From Eledone cirrhosa (lineage: Eukaryota), in contig OZ024754.1 in assembly GCA_964016885.1 (NCBI GenBank), positions 14,012,001 through 14,076,000 on the forward strand: a stretch of 64,000 bases of DNA. Direction: 5' to 3'. Under the pieces are notes generated by a model. The model was not told the origin of the DNA and searched no databases. It worked only from the letters and a program-made list of their open reading frames with translations. Position numbers and translations under genes: made by a program. How positions within the stretch are numbered: the first letter of the stretch is position 1; each line of letters begins with the position of its first letter. Below, one piece after another: positions 13,239 to 26,347 of this stretch.

Positions 13239-13799
13239 CTTGCTGTAACAATAAAAATAGATACCAGTAATTGACAACAATGTTTTTCCACCACTACATA
13301 ATTATTTCTAATTAGCGTTTTAATTCTACTTCCATTAAATATGTTAACACTAATGATTTTAATTATTCCCTTCAATCTATCTCAGGATGTAAACATTAAC
13401 CTAGTTTATGTTATTAATAATATGTTGTTCAATGTTCAATTTTATAACATCAGAAATAACTCTGATATAAAACCTGCAGCTCAGTAGTTACCGATGATGT
13501 TGATCATTTTTTTCTTTTCGGGTTATAGCTACTGTCTCTCAGAAAGTGGGATTGGCTCAGTGCACAGTCTTTCCTCACTTCAAAAAAATATCTTCACGCA
13601 CAGGCATTGCACGATAGAATTAGTTAATAATTATTAATAATGGTATATCGTGCAATGGCCATACTCGATAACGAGGGGGCAGCCATCATCATCATCATGT
13701 ATGTATGTATGTACGTGTGTATGTACGTGTGTATGTACGTGTGTGTGTATGTATGTGTGTGTGTATGTATGTATGTGTGTGCGTGTATGTATGTGTGTG

Positions 13800-14330
13800 T
13801 GTTCTTCTGGTTTTATAATTTCACAAATTTTTTTCCAATAGAGAGAGAGTCGGTTTCTAACATAGACACAAGACTCTCTTATTGGAATTTACACAACATC
13901 AATTAGGTAGATATGTATGTATGCATGCATGCATGTGTAGATATGGATGTTATTGTATGTGTGGATGTGGATGTTTTGAGTTGTATGTGTGCATGTGTAT
14001 ATGCTTTGTATCTGTACATGTGTATATGCAGTTATTAGATGTTGAATTTTTGGAATGTTTTACATATTTTCACTGTTGCATTAATGGATTGTACTTGTAA
14101 TTTCCTAACTAGTTGTGTTCTTTCTGGTTCTGTGAAGCCTAGCTACTCAAGATTTGTATTGAGGCAGTTACTAACATACCCCAGTGCCCCAATAATCACA
14201 GGCATAAATCTGAAGGTGTAATCAGGGTGGAGAATCTGCAGATTTCTCATTAGTTCTGCATAAATATTCTCTTTTTCGCTAATCTTTGATATTATATTGG
14301 CATCTGGTGGGCAGCTAGCTTCAACTACTA
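13800..14330 (-). mobile_element. R4/Dong- or NeSL-like LINE 3' fragment (restriction-like endonuclease C-terminus plus 3'UTR)
   Basis: VVEASCPPDANIISKISEKENIYAELMRNLQ...FMPVIIGALG...VKICKTFQKFNI*, fitting the D/E-x3-P...KxxKY...PxxxGALG pattern. Confidence 0.7.
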
Positions 14331-14372
14331 TGTATTTATATATTATGTATATATGTATATATGTATGTATGT

Positions 14373-14713
14373 GGAGGCACATGGCTTAGTGGTTAGAGCA
14401 TTGGCCTTGCTATCGAAAGGTTGTGAGTTCAATTCTCAGATCGGGTGATGTGTTGTTTCTTTGAGCAAGACATTTTATTTCACATTGCTCCAGTTTACTC
14501 AGCTGTAGAAATGAGATGATAGGGACCTCAGTCCCTATCATTCCACTGAAAAGTGGTCGTGGAGGTGCCACGGCAAAAAAGCACCCAGCACTCACTGTAA
14601 ATGAGGTTGGTGTTAGGAAGGGCATCCAGCTGTAGATATCAAGCCAGAATCAGTTCCCGTCCCACCCTTGCAAGTAGGGAAAAGCGGACGTAAAATGATG
14701 ATGATGATGATGA
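14373..14713 (+). mobile_element. SINE-A
   Basis: Full-length copy. Confidence 0.9.
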
Positions 14714-14732
14714 TATGTATTATGTATGTAAC

Positions 14733-15058
14733 TGTGTGTGTGTATGTATTTTCTGTGTGTGTGTGTATGTATTTTCTGTGTGTGTGTATGTATTTTCTGT
14801 GTGTGTGTATGTATTTTCTGTGTGTGTGTGTATGTATTTTCTGTGTGTGTGTATGTATTTTCTGTGTGTGTGTATGTATTTTCTGTGTGTGTGTGTATGT
14901 ATTTTCTGTGTGTGTGTATTTTCTGTGTGTGTGTGTATGTATTTTCTGTGTGTGTGTGTATGTATTTTCTGTGTGTGTATGTATTTTCTGTGTGTGTGTG
15001 TGTATTTTCTGTGTGTGTGTGTATGTATTTTCTGTGCATGTGTGTATGTATGTGTGTG
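14733..15058. repeat. (GT)n-based 22-24 bp minisatellite
   Basis: TATGTATTTTC(TG)n units. Confidence 0.95.
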
Positions 15059-15189
15059 TACCTCCTAGTACAGTCATAGGGGGACCATAGTGACATCATA
15101 TCTGCATGACATTATATGTAGTGAAGGCATGTGGCCTTAGTGGTTAAGATGTTGAACTTATAATCATAATACCATAGGTTCAATTCCAG

Positions 15190-15547
15190 GTGTCTGCGAA
15201 AGATCCTGGGGATTAAATGGAGTGACCATGTAACAAACCAGGAAGTCAGGAACCGCACCAACCAGCAGCTGGTCTCTTCTGCCATCTGCAAGCGACGCCT
15301 GGGCTGGTTTGGGCACGCTTTGAGACTTCTCCCGGAGAGACTGGCGAACCAAGTACTTAAATGGAACCCACAGGGAAGCAGACGGAGAGGGCAACCAAAA
15401 ATGAACTGGCGCCAGACAGTTGAGAGGGATCTGCGAGCGACAAACAGACAATGGCGGGACGCTGTGCAACTGGCTGCTGACCGAACGCGGTGGAACACTA
15501 TGATTGCCTCATGCGTCACAAGACGCGGGAGCTTCTGAGTCTGAGTG
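15190..15547 (+). mobile_element. RTE-like 3' fragment inserted into the head of a tRNA-derived SINE (15122-15775)
   Basis: CLRKILGIKW...RRLGWFGHALR...GSRRRGQPK; duplicated ATAGGTTCAAT on both sides. Confidence 0.8.
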
Positions 15548-16043
15548 ATAGGTTCAATCCCTGGACTGGTGTCATGTTGTTTTCTTCATCAAAACACTTT
15601 ATTTCACATAGTTCCAGTATACTCAACTGAAAGTGAATACCATCAGTAACTGGGGGTCCTGTGATGGTCTGGTATCCTGTCTTTGGGGAAGTTCTGTACT
15701 CTCAATCACTTAACTCCACGGAAACCAAGATAAGCACCAGCTTGTTGAGTCTCCAGACTTGTGACAGACATTAACTAACTTAATTGTGTGTAGGTTTTAT
15801 TGATGTGTTGAAAGGTTATGTATTTCTAAGAAAAAGAGAGGGTGAAAGGTCATGTAAATCTAAAATGTGTTGGCCTTGTGTCTAAACCAGAAACCTTGGC
15901 TGGATTTGGACTTTGAATGAATATTTTGCCTGACGTTTTAATGACTCTGCCAATATTTTGTCTGACATTTTAACAACTTTGCCAATTTACTGCCCTATCA
16001 AGAACATATTTATATTTTTTTAAATGTATTCATTCTTTGACAG

Positions 16044-16207
16044 GGATGGAGTTGCTTTCCTTGATTCCAACTTTGGTCAAATCTTCCATAAAGTATGGCT
16101 AGATAATGTGAAGTGCACTGGGCATGAATCTTCTCTAACTCAGTGCCGCAAAAGTAACTGGGGTGACGCTAACTGTTCAAGTTCCAATGCAGCAGGTGTA
16201 CAATGTG
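16044..16207 (+). CDS. SRCR domain 3, second half-exon
   Basis: tgacag| DGVAFLDSNFGQIFHKVWLDNVKCTGHESSLTQCRKSNWGDANCSSSNAAGVQC |gtaag; 164 nt. Confidence 0.92.
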
Positions 16208-16818
16208 GTAAGTATAATAAATATTAGCTCAAACATAGAAATGTCTACATAATTCTATAACGTATGAGCTGTGAAAATATTTGATTCTGTGTGGTTTAAA
16301 AGTTCACTTTATATTTTCAAAAGCCGTTTAATTCAGCTTCTTATTTAAACAATAAGATGTTGTCAGGTGTCTCTTAGTTCAATGGATTGAGTACCTAGCC
16401 ACTATCTGGTAGACATTGAGTTTGATTCTTCATAGTGGCCACTGAACAATATTTTCCTGTCTCTAGGAGTCTGTACCTGATTTTTATAAACTATTTTATA
16501 GAAACTGACTATAATTGCAGTTATCTTCTGCATCTGAGCTTCCTATATTTTCTTATAAATTTATTTCTTTGGCACTTAGTAAGTTCGAGATTTCGAGCTT
16601 CATACACAGTGATTGCTTATATAAATATATGTATACATTAGTCAGGTGTCGAATTAGCAGAGTCATTAGAACGTTCGATAGAATGCTTTATGGTATTTGT
16701 TCCAGCTCTCTGCTCTTGGAGTTCAAATCTCACCGAGGTCAACTTTGCCTTTCATCCATTCGAGGTCGATAAAAAAAAGTACCAGTCTAGTACTGGGGTC
16801 GATTTTTCCTCTATATCT

Positions 16819-17170
16819 GGAGGCACATGGCTTAGTGGTTAGAGCATTGGCCTTGCAATCGAAAGGTTGTGAGTTCAATTCTCAGACCGGGTGATGTGTT
16901 GTTTCCTTGAGCAAGACACTTTATTTCACATTGCTCCAGTTTACTCAGCTGTAGAAATGAGATGATAGGGACTGGGGTCCATATCATTCCACTGCAAAGT
17001 GGTCGTGGAGGTGCCACGGCTAAAAAAGCACCCAGTACTCACTGTAAATGAGGTTGTTGTTAGGAAGGGCATCCAGCTGTAGAAATCAAGCCAGAATCAG
17101 TTCCCGTCCCACTCTTGCAAGCAGGGAAAAGCGGACGTAAAATGATGATGATGATGATGATGATGATGAT
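16819..17170 (+). mobile_element. SINE-A nested in an older SINE (about 16645-17330)
   Basis: Full-length copy; the host repeat recurs at 22845-23075 and 56425-57050. Confidence 0.88.
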
Positions 17171-17602
17171 CTCTTTCTCATTTCCCCTCTCTCACTTTCT
17201 ATCTTTCTCTGGAAGAAATCTGCTGTACTCAGACATGGAGAGGGATGGGCTCCTCCAGGTTTTAAATGCCCAAGAAATGCTGTATATCAATACGATGCCC
17301 CTACGACTCTATCAGGAGTTACGGGACCATACATATATACATATATTGGTAATAAGTTTTGGAAAAATCACAGAGGCAGAGATGTTGATAATCAATATTT
17401 CATTTATTAATAATTCTAACACATGTTTCAATGAAGCAAAATTTTTTTGGCTGACGAAAACTGTTTAACAATTGATTATATCATACTTTGTCGGAAGATG
17501 TTGCTCCAGAAAATAATTATCATCTGTGTGGATGAGGGACAAGAAATGGGTAACATACACACTCATATACACACACACACACACACACACGCATATATAT
17601 AT

Positions 17603-17667
<65 letters not shown>

Positions 17668-17724
17668 TATGAAGCTGAATTTTTGGCTTTTGAAACGCTG
17701 AGAATATATATATATATATATAAG

Positions 17725-17768
17725 GATTAGATGATGAGTCCTTAATAGGACGAAACATTGTCGGCTAA
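17725..17768 (+). ncRNA. 5'-damaged hammerhead motif
   Basis: aUGAUGA-GUCCU(uaau)AGGAC-GAAAC(auu)GUC-GGCUAA, then AATAAA; C3 and part of stem I are lost. Confidence 0.6.
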
Positions 17769-17810
17769 TAAAAACTTTTGATGTATTAAAGGATTCTTTG
17801 TTTTACTCTC

Positions 17811-17849
<39 letters not shown>

Positions 17850-18049
17850 GTGAGGGTTTTTTTACAAAATGAAAAATAACCGAGGTGTCCTACACAAGTG
17901 AAAGTATAAAGAAAAAGAGATGAAATCGAAAATGCAACTGGAGTCTTATTTTTTTTTAAATTATATATATTTATTTGGTTCCTTTACCGGTTTCGCAGTT
18001 CTTCTGCTTTTCAAAAGGTGAGTTGAGATGGAGGGTCTGTGGCTTTTCT

Positions 18050-18093
<44 letters not shown>

Positions 18094-18335
18094 AGTATGA
18101 ATGTATACGTACATACATATATGTATACAGACGTACAGTAGCATGCACATATATATATATATATACATATATACATACATATGCATACAGGTACACATAC
18201 ATATATGCACGTATCAGTTTAGCGGCGCTTATTATAACGTCGCTTTGTTCGTTTGTAAACAAACTGAACAGCCTGAATTTATGCCATACGGTGTTAAGGC
18301 AACCACGTCACCTTTTTGTTCAACACTGACACAGG

Positions 18336-18380
18336 AACGATGTACTAGTTTCAAGCTTGTTAGCTATCATCAGCACCGTT
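18336..18380 (-). ncRNA. Type I hammerhead motif; tandem copy at 18808-18850
   Basis: Reverse complement of 19354-19398. Confidence 0.75.
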
Positions 18381-18902
18381 TACCCATCTGCCAGATAGTT
18401 GAACGTTCGAAAGTATATACTTTCCTTATGAAAATTAACGGCTGAGCAGCCTAATTTGCATATTGAGTGAGTTAAATCGGTCAGGCATACCGATAACGAT
18501 AAATTGAAACAAAATGAAAACGAAATTTCATTTCTCACTCTTAGTATGGCACTTACTTAAATGTAAGTATGAATGTATACGTACATACATATATGTATAC
18601 AGACGTACAGTAGCATGCACATATATATATATATATACATATATACATACATATGCATACAGGTACACATACATATATGCACGTATCAGTTTAGCGGTGC
18701 TTATTATAACGTCGCTTTGTTCGTTTGTAAACAAATTGAACAGCCTGAATTTATGCCATACGGTGTTAAGGCAACCACGTCACCTTTTTGTTCAACACTG
18801 ACACAGGAACGATGTACTAGTTTCAAGCTTGTTAGCTATCATCAGCACCGTAACATACACACTCATATACACACACACACACACACACACGCATATATAT
18901 AT

Positions 18903-18977
<75 letters not shown>

Positions 18978-19353
18978 TATGAAGCTGAATTTTTGGTTTT
19001 TGAAACGCTGAGAATATATATATATATATATAAGGATTAACTGATACGTGCATATATGTATGTGTACCTGTATGCATATGTATGTATATATGTATATATA
19101 TATATATATATGTGCATGCTACTGTACGTCTGTATACATATATGTATGTACGTATACATTCATACTTACATTTAAGTAAGTGCCATACTAAGAGTGAGAA
19201 ATGAAATTTCGTTTTCATTTTTATTTTCAACTTATCGTTTTCGGTATGCCTGACCGATTTAACTCACTCAATATGCAAATTAGGCTGCTCAGCCGTTAAT
19301 TTTCATAAGGAAAGTATATACTTTCGAACGTTCAACTATCTGGCAGATGGGTA

Positions 19354-19398
19354 AACGGTGCTGATGATAGCTAACAAGCTTGAAACTAGTACATCGTT
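19354..19398 (+). ncRNA. Type I hammerhead motif with palindromic stem III
   Basis: AACGGUG-CUGAUGA-uAGCU(aaca)AGCUu-GAAA-CUAG-UA-CAUCGUU; predicted cleavage after 19391. Confidence 0.78.
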
Positions 19399-22300
19399 CC
19401 TGTGTCAGTGTTGAACAAAAAGGTGACGTGGTTGCCTTAACACCGTATGGCATAAATTCAGGCTGTTGAATTTGTTTACAAACGAACAAAGCGACGTTAT
19501 AATAAGCGCCGCTAAACTGATACGTGCATATATGTATGTGTACCTGTATGCATATGTATGTATATATGTATATATATATATATATGTGCATGCTACTGTA
19601 CGTCTGTATACATATATGTATGTACGTATACATTCATACTTACATTTAAGTAAGTGCCATACTAAGAGTGAGAAATGAAATTTCGTTTTCATTTTGTTTC
19701 AATTTATATATATATATATATATGTATATATAAGTATAAGAAAGTGCTAAAGCATAGAAATGCTATAAAGATAGGAAATTGAGATTGGAAATGTAATTAG
19801 CCTAATGCAGTTGATCAATTTAGATAATTGAAAAATGATTTTTTTATTTTGAAGTCTATTTTGGGAAAGTAGTTTATGTTGTCTGATGGGGAATGTTTGA
19901 AATGATTATGTTAAATGTATTATTGAAGCATCTTAAATCCCGCCGAGGTTAACTTTGCCTTTCATCCTTACGGGGTCGATAAAATAAAGTACCAGTAATG
20001 CACTGGGATAATTGATGGCCTTGTGCCAAAAAGTAGAAACAATTATCTAAAGAATGGAAAAATATATAAATGAGCTTTTTTTTTATTGGCTTTAAGACAT
20101 TTTGGATTATATCATGGTCCACCTTGTAAAGTAGTTCACACTGTAAAGTGGTAGTCCTGGTGCCATGATAAAAGCACCCAGCCCACCTTGTCAGGTGGTT
20201 GTAGTAGTACCTTGAGGAAATGAACCTAAGAGATGCTGTGCAAGGGTGTTGGCATCAGAAACAACATCCAGCTGTAGAAACTATGTCAAAATAAAATATA
20301 CAAGCATGACATAACTGTCTGAGCTGCCTGACTAGCCTCAGAATTTGACAACCCATCTAACCTATCCTAGAATGGGAAATAGATGGAGAATGGGGGTGAT
20401 GGTGATGGTGGTGGTGGTGATGGTAGTGGAGGTGGTGGTGGTGATGGTGATGTTGATGGTGGTGGTGATAGTGATGATGATGGTGATGGTGGTGATGATG
20501 ATGGTGGTGATGATGATTATGTTAAATGTATTATAGAAGCATGTTATTTGTCTATATTAACAACTATGGTGTCATTAACTCTTTAATAACAAACTGCCTA
20601 AAACCACTTCTGGTTTTATGTCACAAAAATGTTTATTTTGAAGTGTTTATATTTATTTAAAAACCTTCCTTCAAAAAACTTATAAATAAACCTTTAAGTT
20701 ATGTTTTAAGTCCCCAGTTAAATAATTGTTTCTACTTTTGGCACAAGGCCAGCAATTCTACAGTGTATTACTGGTACTTTATTTTATCGACCCCGTAAGG
20801 ATGAAAGGCAAAGTGAACCTCAGTTAAATAATGAGAAAGTTAGTAATATTACTTGTACCTCTCTAAAGTGTGTGGCTTAGTGGTTAGAGAGTTGGATTCA
20901 CAATTGTTAGGTTGCAAGTTCAATTCTCAAATTGCGAGGGAGGGGTGTGTTATATCCTTGAGCAAGACATTTTATTTCATGTTTCTCCTTCTGTCTGGAG
21001 TTGCGACAGGTAGATCGTATCAGCAATAGACAAACCTAAGGAAACATTGTTTCCTTGGTCCAATTTGATGAGGTCCACCCCACCTGGTAAGCAAATGAGG
21101 TCTGGGATTTTGTCGATTGATCAGAGCAATCTTTCTAAATTCTTGAATATTTAAAACATTGTTTGGAAATTATAGGCATTGTCTTTCATTAGAAATATGG
21201 TAAAGAGAGGATAAATAACACAAGGTAATATATATGCTGCCACTCAATCTGCTGAAATTTTCAGCAAAGTCAAACTACTCCTTATTGGCAGTATCGGTAG
21301 AGGGTCGGACACTATGCTTTGACGCATAGAGTTACGGCCCTTGCCATTCTGAGTTCGAATCCTACCGAGGTTAACTTTGCCTTTCATCTTTACGGGGTCG
21401 ATAAAATAAAGTACCAGTAATGCACTGGGATAATTGATGGCCTTGTGCCAAAAAGTAGAAACAATTATCTAAAGAATGGAAAAATATATAAATGAGCTTT
21501 TTTTTATCGGCTTTAAGACATTTTGGATTATATCATGGTCCACCTTGTAAAGTAGTTCACACTGTAAAGTGGTAGTCCTGGTGCCATGATAAAAGCACCC
21601 AGCCCACCTTGTCAGGTGGTTGTAGTAGTACCTTGAGGAAATGAACCTAAGAGATGCTGTGCAAGGGTGTTGACATCAGAAACAACATCCAGCTGTAGAA
21701 ACTATGTCAAAATAAAATATACAAGCATGACATAACTGTCTGAGCTGCCTGACAACCCATCTAACCTATCCTAGAATGGGAAATAGATGGAAAATGGGGG
21801 TGATGGTGACGGTGGTGGTGGTGAGGATGATGGTGATGGTGATGGTAGTGGAGGTGGTGGTGGTGATGGTGGTGTTGATGGTGATGGTGATGGTGATGGT
21901 GGTGGTTGTGATAGTGACGATGATGGTGATGGTGGTGGTGAGGATGGTGGTGGTGGTGGTGATAGTGATGATGATGGTGATGATGGTGATGATGATGGTG
22001 GTGGTGGTGGTGGTGGTGATGGTGTGAGTGATGATGGTGATGGTGGTGAATGTGGTGGTGGTGATGATGATGAAGCAAGGTCTGTATTAATTTACGGTAG
22101 TGAAGGCGCGTGGCTAAGTTGTAAGAGAATTGGATTTGCAATCATGAGGGAGTGAGTTTGATTCCTGGACCAGGCGATGCATTATGTCCTTGAGCAAAAC
22201 ATCTTATTTCCCATTGCTCCTTCTATTGGAAATATTGTTTCCTTGGTCTAATTTGATGAAAGTCAATCGACTGTCGACGGTTGGTTGGAATGACATTTCA

Positions 22301-22401
22301 AGAAAATACAAACGACACAACATTCTTTGCCCTCTTTTATTTTCTTTCTCAACTAATACTGTTTGTTCATTTAATGAAATAATATTTTATTCTGTCTGAA
22401 G

Positions 22402-22546
22402 GTCAACTACAGGGTAGACTGGTTGGAGGTAAATCTCCACGTGAAGGCCGCATAGAGTTCAACTATGCTGGTATATGGGGAACAGTTTGTAATACCAATT
22501 GGGATCAATATGATGCTCACGTTGTCTGCCGAATGTTGGGATATAG
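22402..22546 (+). CDS. SRCR domain 4, first half-exon
   Basis: ctgaag| [47 protein letters not shown] |gtaagt. Confidence 0.92.
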
Positions 22547-23101
22547 GTAAGTACGACATACTTCGAACATCAGAACATAAAGAGCCATAACTAAATGTTG
22601 TGAAGTATCTTGTCCAATGTTGTAATGATACTACTAATTCACCAATATTTGATTATATCTTGTTGGTTCTGTAAGATACAAGCTCCAAACTTATTGGTTG
22701 TTTTGTGGCTATGTCTACAGACAATTTGAATTGTAAGAAATGTGCCATAAGACATCAAGTGATGAGATAGAAGTAGACAAAAAAAAGAGAAAGAAAAAGT
22801 ATAGAGAAAGGTAAAAGCTGGGAAATTTAACCCAAGGATTTAGATCAAGTCGAGATCAACTTTTCCTTTTGTCTTTTTGAAGTCAATATAAAAAAGTACC
22901 ATTGCATTTCTGGGGGACGATTCTTCCTCTATATCTCTTTCTCACTTCCTCTCTCTCCTTCTCTGGAAGAATTTGGCTGTGTTCAAATCCGGAGAGGAGA
23001 GGATGAGCTCTGGCAAGTTTAAAATGCCCAAACTATGCCACTACGGTACTCCTATGATTCAATCAGGGGTTACAGGTCAATACTTTTTTATTATATTTCA
23101 G

Positions 23102-23265
23102 CACTGGTCAAGCAATTACAGATGGACGTTTTGGTCCTGGATCTGGTTGGATCTGGTTGGAAAATATGAATTGTTCTGGAAATGAGTCATCAATAACTTT
23201 ATGCAATAAAAGCAATTGGAAATCAACAAGTTGTGACCACTCAAGAGATGCTGGGCTCAAATGTG
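23102..23265 (+). CDS. SRCR domain 4, second half-exon
   Basis: tttcag| TGQAITDGRFGPGSGWIWLENMNCSGNESSITLCNKSNWKSTSCDHSRDAGLKC |gtgagt; 164 nt. Confidence 0.92.
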
Positions 23266-24207
23266 GTGAGTTGCTGCAATTGCAAACCTTTGAGAAACTG
23301 TTGGGAAATTAGTATTTAGTTGTGGGGAACATTTCAGAAAAGAAAGAGGTAGGCTTCCACTTAATGAAGTCTATGACTTAAGTTGAGGTATGTGGTTTAT
23401 TGGTTGGAGTATTCAGCTTGAGACTGTAAGGTCCTGGGTTCAATTACCAGAGATGTGTTGAATCTTTGAGCAAGACATTTTATTTCACATTGCTTCAGTT
23501 AACAAAATTAGTTAATTGTACCTGTATTTCAAAGGGTCAGCCTTGCCAAACTGTATCATGCTGAATATCCCTGAGAACTACGTTAAGGGCATACATATCA
23601 GTGGAATGCTAGTCACTTTCACGCAGTTTCATTGGTTAAACAACTGGAGCACTGATCATCAGAACCAATAGAGGTTCAGTACATAAGTCAGTTACTTTGT
23701 TTCAATTGTTGGTTCTCAAAATTTCACTTCATTTGCCTTGCTTTCATTCTTGGAATGTTCTCATAGATACCATATTTTTATCTACCTCCAGTGTGGTAAG
23801 GTTTTTCTCATATATGCCACAATATTTCTACCTGTCACCACTATTGTAGGGGTTTTCTCATAAGTTCTTTACTATTTATACCTACTTCCACTGATGTAGA
23901 CTTAATCTGTCAATCAGATTAACATTACCTCTCGGCTCTTGGCTGCCTCAGCCAGAGTCCACTATTGTAAATATTCAGGCAAAGCCTCCCATTTAAGGAT
24001 AACATCTACCTTTCTTTCTATAAGTCTTAGGGGCCATCAACAGGCTCATGTGTGTTGCCCCTCATCGTCTGAACCAGTCATTATAAGCCTATCACCTAGG
24101 TCCTAGTCCTGGTTATATCAATTTCACTTCATTTACTTTACTATTGCTCTTGAGACATTTCTCATTCTATTTCCCTGTCTTCTGTAAATCTGAAGCCTTG
24201 TGTCTCT

Positions 24208-24715
24208 ATAAGAATTCCAGTTGAGTCAACTAGAAATATGGTGGAACCTCATTTCACTATAAGAATTCCAGTTGAGTCAACTAGAAATATGATGGAACCT
24301 CACTTCACTATAACAATTCCAGTTGAGTCAGCTAGAAATATGGTAGAACCTCAGTTCACTATAAGAATTCCACTTGAGTCAGCTATATATGGTGGAACCT
24401 CATTTCCCTATAAGAATTCCAGTTGAGTCAACTAGAAATATGATGGAACCTCACTTCACTACAAGAATTCCAGTTGAGTCAGCTAGAAATATGGTGGAAC
24501 CTCACTTCACTACAAGAATTCTAGTTGAGTCAACTAGAAATATGGTGGAACCTCGGTTCACTATAAGAATTCCAGTTGAGTCAGCTAGAAATATGGTGGA
24601 ACCTCACTTCACTATAAGAATTCCAGTAGTTGAGTCAGCTAGAAATATGGTGGAACCTCACTTCCCTATAAGAATCCCAGTTGAATCAGCTAGAAGTATG
24701 GTGAAATCTCGGTTC
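24208..24715. repeat. 54-bp minisatellite at the end of a Tigger/pogo-like MITE (to about 25035)
   Basis: Unit ATAAGAATTCCAGTTGAGTCAGCTAGAAATATGGTGGAACCTCACTTCACT; the last unit continues into CTCGGTTCACAAAC... Confidence 0.88.
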
Positions 24716-25368
24716 ACAAACACCTCTCATCGTGAACAAATTGGTTCACAAACAATTTTTCCAAACATAAAACGCCTCGGTTCACGAACAGTGTCTCGAG
24801 TAATGAACACTCAAGCCAGCAACAACAGTTGTCAACAAGCTTGGAGTATTGGCGGGAAGGTGTGACTTGCTGTGCAGTTAGTTACTATGATGATATCTAT
24901 CTGTTGTATACCCACAGTCTCTCTCTCTCTCTCTCACTGTATTTCTCTCTTAACATTTTGTACGGGAAAAATAGTTTTGGTTTATGAACATTTTGGGTGA
25001 CGAATGGCATTCAGGAACAAATTAAGTTTGTGAAACTAATTAGTAGTAGGAAAAATGGTACAACAATGACATTCAGAGCTTTTTTGTCTTTCACAAAATA
25101 ATATCCAGCAATAGTAAAGTTCCTTGACGATCTGACTGGATACCTCAGCCCCACATGACCCAATATGGCCAGAGATAGGAAGTGGTGGAGGTCAACCAGG
25201 GAGGGAGGGGTTCCTACAATAGAAGTGAGAAGGCCCTAGATTTTAGAGTAAAGTTCCTCAGACCTACACATCAACTGAAACGTTATAGATCAGTTCATGC
25301 TGTAAGACAATTACAAATTTCTTTTTTTTTAAGATTTTACTGATTTTTTTTTTAGAGGTTTTATTTTT

Positions 25369-26347
25369 TGACCCTTTAGCATTTAAACCAGCCATATCTG
25401 GCCAGAATTCTCTCACCTCTTTTTGTTCAAACTGGCCATTACTGGCCACTCATACTGATGTTAAGGTATTGTTCTCAAAATAAATAATATCAAAATTTCC
25501 TAGATTCAATATTATGAGATATTATGTGAGGTAAAGCCTTTACTGTGAAAATACAATAGTATATATATAGAGTAATGTAAATGTTATGTGAGGTATTATG
25601 TGAGGTAAAGCCTTTACTGTGAAAATACAATAGTATATATATAGAGTAATGTAAATGTTATGTGAGGTATTATGTGAGGTAAAGCCTTTACTGTGAAAAT
25701 ACAATAGTATATATATAGAGTAATGTAAATGTTATGTGAGGTATTATGTGAGGTAAAGCCTTTACTGTGAAAATACAATAATATATATATATAGAGAGTA
25801 ATGTAAATGTTATGTGAGGTATTATGTGAGGTAAAGCCTTTACTGTGAAAATACAATAGTATATATATATAGAGTAATGTAAATGTTATGTGACGTATTA
25901 TGTGAGGTAAAGCCTTTACTGTGAAAATACAATAGTATATATAGAGTAATGTAAATGCTATGTGAGGTATTATGTGAGGTAAAGCCTTTACTGTGAAAAT
26001 ACAATAGTATATATATAGAGAGAGTAATGTAAATGTTATGTGAGGTATTATGTGAGGTAAAGCCTTTACTGTGAAAATACAATAGTATATATATAGAGTA
26101 ATGTAAATGCTATGTGAGGTATTATGTGAGGTAAAGCCTTTACTGTGAAAATACAATAGTATATATATATAGAGAGTAATGTAAATGTTATGTGAGGTAT
26201 TATGTGAGGTAAAGCCTTTACTGTGAAAATACAATAGTATATATATAGAGTAATGTAAATGTTATGTGAGGTATTATGTGAGGTAAAGCCTTTACTGTGA
26301 AAATACAATAGTATATATATAGAGTAATGTAAATGCTAAAGGATTAA
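25369..26347. mobile_element. piggyBac-like MITE-1 with an internal 74-80 bp minisatellite (25520-26335)
   Basis: TIRs ACCCTTTAGCATTT / AAATGCTAAAGG; TTAA-flanked relatives at 32325-32902 and 46333-47737. Confidence 0.75.

Larger units (their letters stand above)
18089..19705. mobile_element. Hammerhead-bearing 472-nt tandem unit and its inverted copy (Penelope pLTR / retrozyme-like)
   Basis: 18089-18850 is 1.6 direct units and 19039-19705 is 1.4 inverted units; both outer ends lie in (TA)n. Confidence 0.75.
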
